Translations under genes and position numbers: made by a program
Shown here: positions 31,039 to 39,295 of the stretch, piece after piece
How the letters are laid out: every line of letters starts with the position of its first letter
Position numbering within the stretch: the stretch's first letter is position 1
The notes under the pieces: model-generated
Told to the model about the DNA's origin: nothing
The model's input: the letters and a program-made list of their open reading frames with translations, nothing else
Databases searched by the model: none
DNA from: Ignavibacteriota bacterium
GTDB lineage: Bacteria > Bacteroidota > Ignavibacteria > Palsa-1295
Direction of reading: 5' to 3'
Assembly (NCBI GenBank): GCA_963787835.1
Contig: CAWBEI010000002.1
Span: 1,600,001-1,664,000 of the forward strand
DNA: 64,000 nt

Positions 31039-31299
31039 ATGACTTCAAGAGCCATCGAATTGACGGAAATTAAACGCGATCTCGCCAATCTCCCAGCCGA
31101 CAAACTTGCGGAGGTAAGAGAATATGTGCGAAAACTTTTACAAAAAAGCCGTCCCACTCCAAGCGATGTTGAATCGCTCGAAGGAATATGGGAAGGCCTG
31201 GGTTGGGAAAAAATTGATGATCTGGAAGGTGAGGTTCGCAAGATGAGGAAAGAAATGTCCGAAAATATTCTTAAAAAATTCGATACGTGGAATTCTTAG
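31039..31299 (+). CDS. Putative antitoxin (DUF2281-like)
   Basis: LPADKLAEVREYV..L, SLEGIW; overlaps the PIN gene. Confidence 0.75.
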   Translation: MTSRAIELTEIKRDLANLPADKLAEVREYVRKLLQKSRPTPSDVESLEGIWEGLGWEKIDDLEGEVRKMRKEMSENILKKFDTWNS

Positions 31300-31676
31300 C
31301 CGATACGGTGACGATCGTTCGCCATTTCTCTCGAATTGGACGGATTGGCCAAAAGGCGAAGCTATTACTCCAATCGGCAGATCGAGGGGAGAATAAAATT
31401 GCGGTCTCCATCATGTCGGTAACGGAGATTCTGTATCTTTCCGAGAAGCAAAGAATTCCTCTGGACCTTGCACAATTTACCGAGAAAATGTTTGCGCTGA
31501 CAAACTATCGATTAGTTGACATTGATCTTGCGGTTATTCTGGAAGCACAAAACGTTCGTGGACTCGAATTGCATGACCGGATTATCGTTTCAACTGCCCG
31601 TGTGCTCGGTGTGCCGGTGCTGACACCTGACGAGGAGATCACCGATTCCGGTTTGGTGGAGATTATTTGGAAATGA
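31287..31676 (+). CDS. vapC: VapC/PIN-domain toxin
   Basis: LADT, SVTEILYL, ELHDRIIVSTA, LTPD acidic residues. Confidence 0.88.
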   Translation: MEFLADTVTIVRHFSRIGRIGQKAKLLLQSADRGENKIAVSIMSVTEILYLSEKQRIPLDLAQFTEKMFALTNYRLVDIDLAVILEAQNVRGLELHDRIIVSTARVLGVPVLTPDEEITDSGLVEIIWK

Positions 31677-31690
31677 TTTGCCGCGATGCA

Positions 31691-31723
31691 AGTAACGAGC
31701 TTTTAGCTCGTTACTCGTTGGCG
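31691..31723. repeat. Hairpin repeat copy 2
   Basis: AGTAACGAGCT-TTT-AGCTCGTTACTCGTTGGCG; 31/33 identical to 30961-30993. Confidence 0.8.
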
Positions 31724-31785
31724 ATTGAGCTTTTTAGCTGTGCATCTTTCCTGTAAACTCTGGGTTTGTAAGTGAGAGTATTATT

Positions 31786-32757
31786 ATGAAAAGACTCTTT
31801 GTGCTTCTCCTTTTTCTCCTGGTGCCGCTTGCACCCATTGGTGCGCAAGGGTTGCATGGGAAGATTTTGGTCTTTCGTGATTCGACGAGTTTTTCTGCTG
31901 CCTATAATTTCCTGCATTTACTCCCGAGCATCTATTCTGGCGAAGTTGACTCAGAGTCCATATTGCCGAGCGATTTGGACGGTTATGATGCGGTCTTTCT
32001 TTTCCCCGGATATCGAAGTGTTGCCCCTGATACGCTTACACACAGTAATGCATTGAGCCTCATTTCATACTTACGAAGTGGAGGCAAACTTTATGCTGAG
32101 AGCGGCTCCTTCCTAAGCAATAATTCATCAACCGATTCTCTTTCAGCCGACACTTTGTGGCATTATTTGGGGGTGGAATTAGAACTGTATCAGCAGACTG
32201 AGGTTTGGTTCGACAGTGTATATGGAGTTGATTCAGAATTTACTCGTGGGATCGAAGTTTCGTGGGTTCACTCGGATCCGCTTCAATTTGATTCGCCTGA
32301 TGTGTATGAAGCTGGAGGTAGCGTAATTCCGGTTCTCTATGTGTATGAAGGCAATGATGGTATTAGCGATGCGATTGGTTGGATTCCTTCCGACACCTCC
32401 ACTCATGCCGTGCTTTACCATCCAGCCGGGGAAGGTTACAATCTATTTTTCACTCGCGTCCTTTGCGATTACTTTGGCCTGTGCGTGGATGCGGTGAAGG
32501 AGACACCTCCAGCAATACCAACAGTCACGCTGCGAGTTGTGAATGATGGCTTTAGTACCAGTTGTATTATATCTGTTGATGAGACTGGCACCCTCGATAT
32601 AGCGAATGCGCTTGGCATTACGGTATTTCACGCTTCGGTCAATTCAGGCACGAGCCAAATTGAATTGCCGGAGACGCTTCGGAATGGCGTTTATTTCGTG
32701 CGGCTGCAAACGGGGCATGGCGGACAAGTGCAGCCGTTTGCGTTCGTTGCGAAATGA
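31786..32757 (+). CDS. Secreted protein with T9SS type A C-terminal domain
   Basis: Signal IGA-Q; LDIANALG...LRNGVYFVRL. Confidence 0.75.
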   Translation: MKRLFVLLLFLLVPLAPIGAQGLHGKILVFRDSTSFSAAYNFLHLLPSIYSGEVDSESILPSDLDGYDAVFLFPGYRSVAPDTLTHSNALSLISYLRSGGKLYAESGSFLSNNSSTDSLSADTLWHYLGVELELYQQTEVWFDSVYGVDSEFTRGIEVSWVHSDPLQFDSPDVYEAGGSVIPVLYVYEGNDGISDAIGWIPSDTSTHAVLYHPAGEGYNLFFTRVLCDYFGLCVDAVKETPPAIPTVTLRVVNDGFSTSCIISVDETGTLDIANALGITVFHASVNSGTSQIELPETLRNGVYFVRLQTGHGGQVQPFAFVAK

Positions 32758-32787
32758 TTCACCGCACTCCCTGCGTTTGAATCCTCG

Positions 32788-33678
32788 ATGAGATCTTTTT
32801 CGATTCCGTTCGCAATTTTGCTGTTTGCCGCGATTGGCATGTCCGGCTGCAAGGACGTTGGTTTCCGCGAGATCGATGTTTCGGCAAAGAGCCGTGCTTC
32901 GGTGCAGACGGCGCGGGATGTCATGGCGCAAATTCAGCAGGGGTTGCATTATTTCTACGAGTCGAAGCACCGTTATCCGGAAACGACGGAAGCGTATCTG
33001 TACGACTCCATTCGCAATTACATTCCCAATCAGATCGACCCGATCGACCTCTATCGCAACGATAACGGCAAGGGATATTTTATTGCGGTCGGTGCGCGTT
33101 CGGAGAAGATTGTTTATCGCTACCCTCCGACGATCGGGATTGGCGATTACACGCTCTACTGGGTTGGCCAGAACGGCGTAGATGAAGAAGGCGAGGGCGA
33201 TGACGTCGATGCGTGGCAGCCATCGGACACGGCCCGTCATTTCGAACGCCAGCGCCGTTTCGATCTGCAGAATGATGGCGTTGCCGATCAAATGCACCTC
33301 ATTCGTACCGGTCCGGATATCGATCGCGATTCGGTAGTATTCGAGATCACGCGGCATGATTCGCTGAAATATCGTGAGGAATGGCCGCTTTCCGAATATT
33401 TCAAAGACCGTCCTGAACTTAACAGCGATGAACGAAAACGACTCATCCGCTCGGAACTCGATCGCTTTTTCACCCCGGGCGCTTTTACACACACCGATTC
33501 CCTGACCTATCGTGCGTGGCCGCATTGGGGCGAAGTGCAGCCTGACTCGCCGGAGATGACGGAACTCGTTCGTTCGGGCGAAACCATGTTCAATTTCTAT
33601 GAAGGCGCTCGTGGCTCGAAGGGAATTGCATGGCTGCCTTCGGATAAGAAATTTGTAGTAGTATGGAATATTAAGTAA
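32788..33678 (+). CDS. Lipoprotein with GspG-like globular domain plus unknown C-terminal domain
   Basis: Lipobox MSGC; LHYFY...RYP...VYRYP...DYTLYWVGQNGVDEEGEGDDV. Confidence 0.6.
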   Translation: MRSFSIPFAILLFAAIGMSGCKDVGFREIDVSAKSRASVQTARDVMAQIQQGLHYFYESKHRYPETTEAYLYDSIRNYIPNQIDPIDLYRNDNGKGYFIAVGARSEKIVYRYPPTIGIGDYTLYWVGQNGVDEEGEGDDVDAWQPSDTARHFERQRRFDLQNDGVADQMHLIRTGPDIDRDSVVFEITRHDSLKYREEWPLSEYFKDRPELNSDERKRLIRSELDRFFTPGAFTHTDSLTYRAWPHWGEVQPDSPEMTELVRSGETMFNFYEGARGSKGIAWLPSDKKFVVVWNIK

Positions 33679-33775
33679 GAAGTAAGAGGTAATAAGTAAG
33701 AGGTATGAAGCATGAAAAATTTGGGATCGGTTGTATAATTTTCCTCTCTTACTTCTTACTTCTTACTTCTTACTT
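33673..33775. repeat. Inverted heptamer arrays (AAGTAAG)n ... (CTTACTT)4
   Basis: Six degenerate AAGTAAG units at 33673-33714 and four perfect CTTACTT units at 33748-33775. Confidence 0.85.
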
Positions 33776-34367
33776 CTCACCCTCCATGCGTGCGCAGCAG
33801 AGATCTGCCACCGATTCGCTTCGCGCACCCGCTCACTATATTGATTCCCTCCTCAAGCTCGATTCCATAGACCGAGCATTACAGCTTGCAGAAGAACGCC
33901 GCTTTCAGCGAACAAAACAACTCGCGACGCAGCGTGTACTCGATCTTACCGGCGATAGCATTCCAGAAGTATTGCGTCTGGAAGGATATGTGAAAGGGAA
34001 GGTGGACGATACAAGGCTGACCTTCACCATTAAATCAAAGGGTAAGACGCTGTTCGAGGATTCCTGGCTTGCAGGCGGTTATTTCGATACCGCCGATCAT
34101 TTGCCGGACAGTATCAAACTAAAGCGATTGCGAACCATCGTGACCGTCTTTTTCGCGAATGAAAATTTTGAAGTGGTGGATTCGAATGAATTCGATACGA
34201 TCTTGAAGCAAGTTGCAGAAGCCGATGTGCATCCGCATTCTTTCGAAGCATCCGAGATCTTTCGTGAGCCTCGTGTGATGTATAGCGTGTATCATAGCCG
34301 CGATTATTGGTACGGCCTGGTTTGGGATCCGAAGAACAATAAGTTTGTGAAGGCATGGAGGAATTAA
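33705..34367 (+). CDS. Exported hypothetical protein, paralogous to C-terminal domain of upstream lipoprotein
   Basis: DLTGDSIPEVLRL / GLVWDPKNNKFVKAW versus DLQNDGVADQMHL / GIAWLPSDKKFVVVW. Confidence 0.7.
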   Translation: MKHEKFGIGCIIFLSYFLLLTSYFSPSMRAQQRSATDSLRAPAHYIDSLLKLDSIDRALQLAEERRFQRTKQLATQRVLDLTGDSIPEVLRLEGYVKGKVDDTRLTFTIKSKGKTLFEDSWLAGGYFDTADHLPDSIKLKRLRTIVTVFFANENFEVVDSNEFDTILKQVAEADVHPHSFEASEIFREPRVMYSVYHSRDYWYGLVWDPKNNKFVKAWRN

Positions 34368-34369
34368 AT

Positions 34370-35086
34370 ATGAACGCTCGTAGGGACGTGCTGCGCACGT
34401 CCTCTTCGTCTGTCCCACGGCTGAAGGGGAAGGACGTGCACGGCACGTCCCTACGACTACGGCGTTTTCCTCGCACATTCTTTCGCCAAACCAGCACCCT
34501 TGTTGCGAAGGAAATTCTTGGCGCGTACTTGCATCGTGTATTGGATGGCGAAGAACTCATTGGTAAGATCGTCGAGACAGAAGCCTATTGCGTGGGTGAT
34601 GAGGCATGTCACGCCTTTCGTGGTACGACCCCGCGTAATGCGGTAATGTTCGGGGAGGGAGGGTTTTCCTATGTTTATTTCACCTATGGAATGCACCATT
34701 GCTTTAATATCACGGCGAACGAAGAAGGTGTTGCCGAGGCTGTTCTTGTTCGGGCCATCAAGCCGGTGAAAGGCATCGAAACGATGAGGGTATTGCGCTC
34801 CAAGGCAATTCGGGATCGGGATCTTACGAATGGACCGGGTAAGCTATGTCAGGCAATGTCGCTTTCACGAACGGAGAACGGAATCGACTTGGTCGAAAGT
34901 GACGAACTCTTTCTTACTCGTGGGGAGAGCCACACTCCGGCGAATCTTATAGGAGTTTCCACCCGTATAGGCATCAATGTCGCTCAGGATCGACTTTGGA
35001 GATATTATATAACAGGGAATGAATATGTTTCACGCACCAAGCCGTCTGTATCGGGTACCGTGGCTGGCCCTCGTCGTCGTAAGTAG
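34370..35086 (+). CDS. mpg: DNA-3-methyladenine glycosylase (AAG/Mpg family)
   Basis: GKIVETEAY, YVYFTYGMH, AVLVRAI, NGPGKLCQA, RIGI; start uncertain. Confidence 0.93.
   Translation: MNARRDVLRTSSSSVPRLKGKDVHGTSLRLRRFPRTFFRQTSTLVAKEILGAYLHRVLDGEELIGKIVETEAYCVGDEACHAFRGTTPRNAVMFGEGGFSYVYFTYGMHHCFNITANEEGVAEAVLVRAIKPVKGIETMRVLRSKAIRDRDLTNGPGKLCQAMSLSRTENGIDLVESDELFLTRGESHTPANLIGVSTRIGINVAQDRLWRYYITGNEYVSRTKPSVSGTVAGPRRRK
34380..34454. repeat. GTAG-type REP doublet (REPIN-like)
   Basis: GTAG-GGACGTG-ctgcg-CACGTCC ... GGACGTG-cacgg-CACGTCC-CTAC. Confidence 0.8.
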
Positions 35087-36197
35087 CTTGTGTATCACAT
35101 CATGCGGAAAGGGACAGAACGTGCCGAACGCATCGCCGACGATGCTGGATAAATTCCCGCCCGAGCGGGCTGCGCTTGCGAAAGAGATCGAAGATGTCGG
35201 CGGTCAGCACATTCACATGCCGCCGCTTCCGCAGGCGTATTCAGCGGATCGGTATCTCGGCGTTACTCCCGAATTTCTTCGTGATTCGCTGAAGGGAAAA
35301 GTTGTTCTTATCGACATTTGGGATTACACCTGTATCAACTGTATTCAAACGCTTCCTTATATCAAAGCATGGAACGACCGCTATAAGGACAAAGGCCTGG
35401 TGATCATCGGCGTTCATTCTCCGGAATTTGATTTTGAGAAAGATCCCAAGAACCTGGATAGTGCCGTGAAAGAATTCGGGCTCGATTATCCGGTCATTGC
35501 CGACAATGATTATGAGATATGGAACTCTCTTTCGAACCAGTACTGGCCGGCGAAATATTTGTTCGACAAAAATGGGATTCTTCGCGCCGAGCACTTTGGC
35601 GAAGGGGATTATGAATCGTTCGAGGCATTCCTGCAACAGATCCTCCTGGAACGCGATAGCTCGATCGATCTGCCCCTGCCGCTTGCACCCGTCCGGGAAA
35701 CCGATAAGCCGGGATCGGTCTGTTACCGCGCCACGCCGGAAACCTACGTAGGCTTTGCCCGAAATCATCTTGGCAATAGTATGAATGATACGGACATGAT
35801 TTCGCATGAGTATCATCTTCCACACATGATGAATAAGGATCTACTGTATCTCGATGGGAAATGGACTGTCAACAGAGAATATGCTCAGCCCAGCGGGAAA
35901 TCGGATGCAAGCCTTGTTTTCGATTATCAGGCAAAAGAAGCGAACCTTGTCATTCATCCGTTGGCGGAAAGTGGGTTCAAGGTGATGGTCACACAGGATG
36001 GTAAGCCGGTTCCGAAAGCGGACCGAGGCGCGGACATTCAAGAAGCGGACGGGAAGACATTCATTAAGGTACAAAATGCACGGATGTACCGTATCACGAA
36101 TAATCAGGGCTTCGGACGGCACACACTAAAGTTGACGGCCACGACACCAAGCTTCGGCGCATACGCCTTTACATTTACGACGGCCTGCAAGCATTGA
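35019..36197 (+). CDS. DipZ-like thioredoxin lipoprotein
   Basis: Lipobox ITSC, WDYTCINC, GVHSPEFDFEK, YWPAKY, TPETY, AYAFTF. Confidence 0.88.
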   Translation: MNMFHAPSRLYRVPWLALVVVSSLCITSCGKGQNVPNASPTMLDKFPPERAALAKEIEDVGGQHIHMPPLPQAYSADRYLGVTPEFLRDSLKGKVVLIDIWDYTCINCIQTLPYIKAWNDRYKDKGLVIIGVHSPEFDFEKDPKNLDSAVKEFGLDYPVIADNDYEIWNSLSNQYWPAKYLFDKNGILRAEHFGEGDYESFEAFLQQILLERDSSIDLPLPLAPVRETDKPGSVCYRATPETYVGFARNHLGNSMNDTDMISHEYHLPHMMNKDLLYLDGKWTVNREYAQPSGKSDASLVFDYQAKEANLVIHPLAESGFKVMVTQDGKPVPKADRGADIQEADGKTFIKVQNARMYRITNNQGFGRHTLKLTATTPSFGAYAFTFTTACKH

Positions 36198-36482
36198 TCG
36201 CATTCGGCGATTTCCCCGAAACGCTTTTACTGTCCTATTGTTATACACCGCAAGGTTTCGGAAAGTCCGAAACCCTGAATGCTGCATTCAGCGCCCCACG
36301 CATCGTCGACGATGCCATCGCCCCCGATGCACATTGGTAACGATGCCGGACGCTTCGTCGCCGATGTCCTCCCATCAAACACGATGTTCACATGGTATTT
36401 GATGGATGCATCGCCCCTTGGTCGCTGAGTGTTGTTCTTCATAGATGTACCACGCATCGCCCATGATGCTTGATCGCAATCG

Positions 36483-38402
36483 ATGCCACAACTGACGCTT
36501 CTGAAACGCATCCCCCGATGGGTGGCACGCATCGCCTACGATGCGTTTTGGCCTGACTTCGACCCCATTCAGATTTTCTCCAAATCCTTTATCCGGGCGC
36601 TGGTGTTCCTCGCGATCGCCTGTACGCTCGCGCAGCCGATCTATGCCCAATCCGGCGCAGCAGATACGAGCGCCAATAAGGTGCTGAATGCCGCAAAGGA
36701 TGATATTCGTCTCGAAAATCTCACCGATCTTAATTCGACGGGCGACGATGCGACCATGTTCGTTTCCCCTGCCGATGGCTCCATCTATTTTACAAGTTCA
36801 CGATCGGGCAAGCAAATTCTTTATGTTGCAAAGCGCGTCCCTGGTGCTGACCCTAAAGATCGCTCGACTCATTGGGGTACACCGGAGGTTTTCACCGAGC
36901 TTCCGGGTATGCAGAACATCAGCTCGCTTTCCATTGCGGGGGATGGTGTTACTGCCGTGGTCGGAATGTGTAACCGCCCGGATGCGATCTTGCAGTCCTG
37001 TGATATTTATCAAGGGCAGATTATAGGTGGCAAGCTGGATAATCTTACTCCATTAGGCGCACCTATTAATTCTGAATGGTGGGATGCCCAGCCCTGCATC
37101 AGTCAGGATGGTCAATTGCTGTTCTTTGCGAGTGATCGTAAAGGCGGTCATGGCGGTGTCGATATCTATATGTGCTCCAAATCTGTCGATGGCAAATGGG
37201 GTCCGCCGGTTAATCTGAGCTTTAATACGGGTGGTAACGAGCTTTCGCCTTTTATTGCGAGCGACAATCAAACGCTGTATTTCGCCGCAGACCATCTTCC
37301 GGGCGGTATGGGCGGATACGATATTTATGTCACGCACCGCCAGGGTGAAAACGAATGGACGGAGCCCAAAAATCTCGGGCCGGCAGTGAACTCGAAGAAT
37401 AACGATCTTTTCTTTTATGTGCCGCAGAATGAGAATGCCGTCTATTTTTCAAGTGACCGTCCTGGGGGGTTAGGCGGATACGATCTGTATCGCCTGTACG
37501 TTCAACCCGCTCCTCCGAAGCCAAAATATGTGACGCTTACCGGCCGCATCCTCGATGCCGAAACGAATCAGCCCATCACATCCAAGCCAGAAATTTCGAT
37601 CTCCTTCTCGGATAGTAAGCAACCCCTTGCAAACGATGCAACGGGAGCAGCGTACAGCGTGAAAGTTCTGGCCGGAAGCCTTGTGCATGTCAGCGCTGGT
37701 GCAGAAAACTATGTTTCCAATGCCCTCGAGATCCAGGCGCCACCGACGGATGTGCCGCCGCTCCTCTCTCAGGATATTATGCTTACTCCCTCTCATGCGA
37801 GGGTATATGGACATGTGACGAATTCTTATAAGAACACACCGCTTCAAGCGACCGTAACGCTGGAACAATTAGCCGGTGGTGTACCGCCGGTTTCTGTCGA
37901 GACCGATCCGGCCACCGGAGCTTTTTCTTTCAATGTCAATCCGCTCATTTCTTACCGGATCAGCACGACAGTAAAGGATTTCGAACCGTTCGAAGACAAG
38001 ATCGATGTTCCGAGCGCTCGTGAAAAACTTATTTCCATTCAAAAGGAGATCCGGCTCACCCCTGTGGCAACACAAAACGTTGTAATCTATTTCGATGTCG
38101 ATCATTCCGACATTAAGCCGGAAGAATTAGCGAAATTTCCTGAATTTATCCGACAGGTGAAGGAAAACCCAAGCGTTCGATTCGAGATCAATGGCCATAC
38201 GGATTCAACCGGCTCCGTCGCGTATAATCAGGCTCTATCGGAGCGACGTGCGAAATCGGTGGAAGACTATTTGCTCAATCAGCAAGTGCCGCGGGAGCAG
38301 ATCGCTGTGGTGCAGGGATTTGGTAAGTCGCACCAGCTCGACCCGAACGATTTAGCGAAGAACCGACGCGTCGAAGTACGAATTGTGGGAAGGAAGGACT
38401 AA
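36483..38402 (+). CDS. PD40-repeat beta-propeller + Ig-like + OmpA peptidoglycan-binding protein (PorE-like architecture, no TPR)
   Basis: FASDRKGGHGGVDIY repeats, GHTDSTG, YNQALSERRA, NRRVE; start uncertain. Confidence 0.88.
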   Translation: MPQLTLLKRIPRWVARIAYDAFWPDFDPIQIFSKSFIRALVFLAIACTLAQPIYAQSGAADTSANKVLNAAKDDIRLENLTDLNSTGDDATMFVSPADGSIYFTSSRSGKQILYVAKRVPGADPKDRSTHWGTPEVFTELPGMQNISSLSIAGDGVTAVVGMCNRPDAILQSCDIYQGQIIGGKLDNLTPLGAPINSEWWDAQPCISQDGQLLFFASDRKGGHGGVDIYMCSKSVDGKWGPPVNLSFNTGGNELSPFIASDNQTLYFAADHLPGGMGGYDIYVTHRQGENEWTEPKNLGPAVNSKNNDLFFYVPQNENAVYFSSDRPGGLGGYDLYRLYVQPAPPKPKYVTLTGRILDAETNQPITSKPEISISFSDSKQPLANDATGAAYSVKVLAGSLVHVSAGAENYVSNALEIQAPPTDVPPLLSQDIMLTPSHARVYGHVTNSYKNTPLQATVTLEQLAGGVPPVSVETDPATGAFSFNVNPLISYRISTTVKDFEPFEDKIDVPSAREKLISIQKEIRLTPVATQNVVIYFDVDHSDIKPEELAKFPEFIRQVKENPSVRFEINGHTDSTGSVAYNQALSERRAKSVEDYLLNQQVPREQIAVVQGFGKSHQLDPNDLAKNRRVEVRIVGRKD

Positions 38403-38407
38403 CACCC

Positions 38408-39295
38408 ATGACCGAACTACACGCCATTAAAAGTTACGAAGATATGAAGATGGATCGTCGGCGAGGATTTGAAATTATAAAGCGGTTTTCCGCCCTCGCA
38501 CTCGTGTGGGGTTTCGCAATGCTGTGTTTGCCTATGGGAACCGCTCATGCTCAGCTCCTGAGCCGAGGCGATCTGTTCGGACCCGGAGCGCCGCCGCCGC
38601 TTGCCGGTATCGAGATCGGCTTTGGCCAACATTCTGAAATGGGAGCGCTCGACTGCGACTGCGGTTCCCAATTTACCGGTGGTACCGGCACGGGATTGCT
38701 TGGGTCACTCTTCTTCGAACTACCGCTTGACTATCAATGGGCAATCGGGATCAAAGCCGGGATCGACTTCAAGAATTTTTCCACTACAACCCCCTTGAAC
38801 GATGTGGTTGCTGTTCAAGTCCCAAACGTCAGCACACCGGACACCGCTGTGCTGCCGGTGACCCGAACGGCGAATGTCAAAACAACCTATCTTGACTTTG
38901 CGCCATACGTTCAGTATCAATTTTTTAGAATGGGCCCATTCGTGCAAATGGGACTTGGGTTCGGATTTCTGGCATCGAACAGCCTTACGCAGAATCGGGA
39001 ACTTGCGGAGGGTGCTTCGATCCCTGCGCAGAACGGCCATGCCGCCATTACGAACCTGACCTTTACGAATGGAACTCTTACGGAAGTAATTCAAGGTGGC
39101 GCCACAACGGTGAATTCGCTCCGGCTGGGGATTTTACTTTCAGCCGGATATAACATTCAGGTTTCCGAGCGTTCTATATTCGCGCCATTGATCACGTACG
39201 ATTTTCCGCTCACGGTGGCTGGTAATACCGGTGGCGCAAACTGGAGGATCGGCTCTTTGTATGCTTCGGCTCTTCTTAAATTTCAACTGAATTAA
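38408..39295 (+). CDS. Outer-membrane beta-barrel protein (PorT-like)
   Basis: Signal AHA-Q, YLDFAPYV, C-terminal LLKFQLN; TAATG coupling to the next gene. Confidence 0.65.
   Translation: MTELHAIKSYEDMKMDRRRGFEIIKRFSALALVWGFAMLCLPMGTAHAQLLSRGDLFGPGAPPPLAGIEIGFGQHSEMGALDCDCGSQFTGGTGTGLLGSLFFELPLDYQWAIGIKAGIDFKNFSTTTPLNDVVAVQVPNVSTPDTAVLPVTRTANVKTTYLDFAPYVQYQFFRMGPFVQMGLGFGFLASNSLTQNRELAEGASIPAQNGHAAITNLTFTNGTLTEVIQGGATTVNSLRLGILLSAGYNIQVSERSIFAPLITYDFPLTVAGNTGGANWRIGSLYASALLKFQLN

Noticed and set aside
30958-31723. Integron attC cassette
   Set aside because: The hairpins are only about 30 bp, lack RYYYAAC/GTTRRRY ends and extrahelical bases, and no integrase is present.
32644-33525. 293-aa minus-strand ORF
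   Set aside because: Antisense shadow of the lipoprotein gene; no recognisable motifs.
36290-36545. CRISPR array
   Set aside because: Units are 16 bp, degenerate and irregularly spaced, with no 25-45-bp unique spacers and no cas genes in the window.
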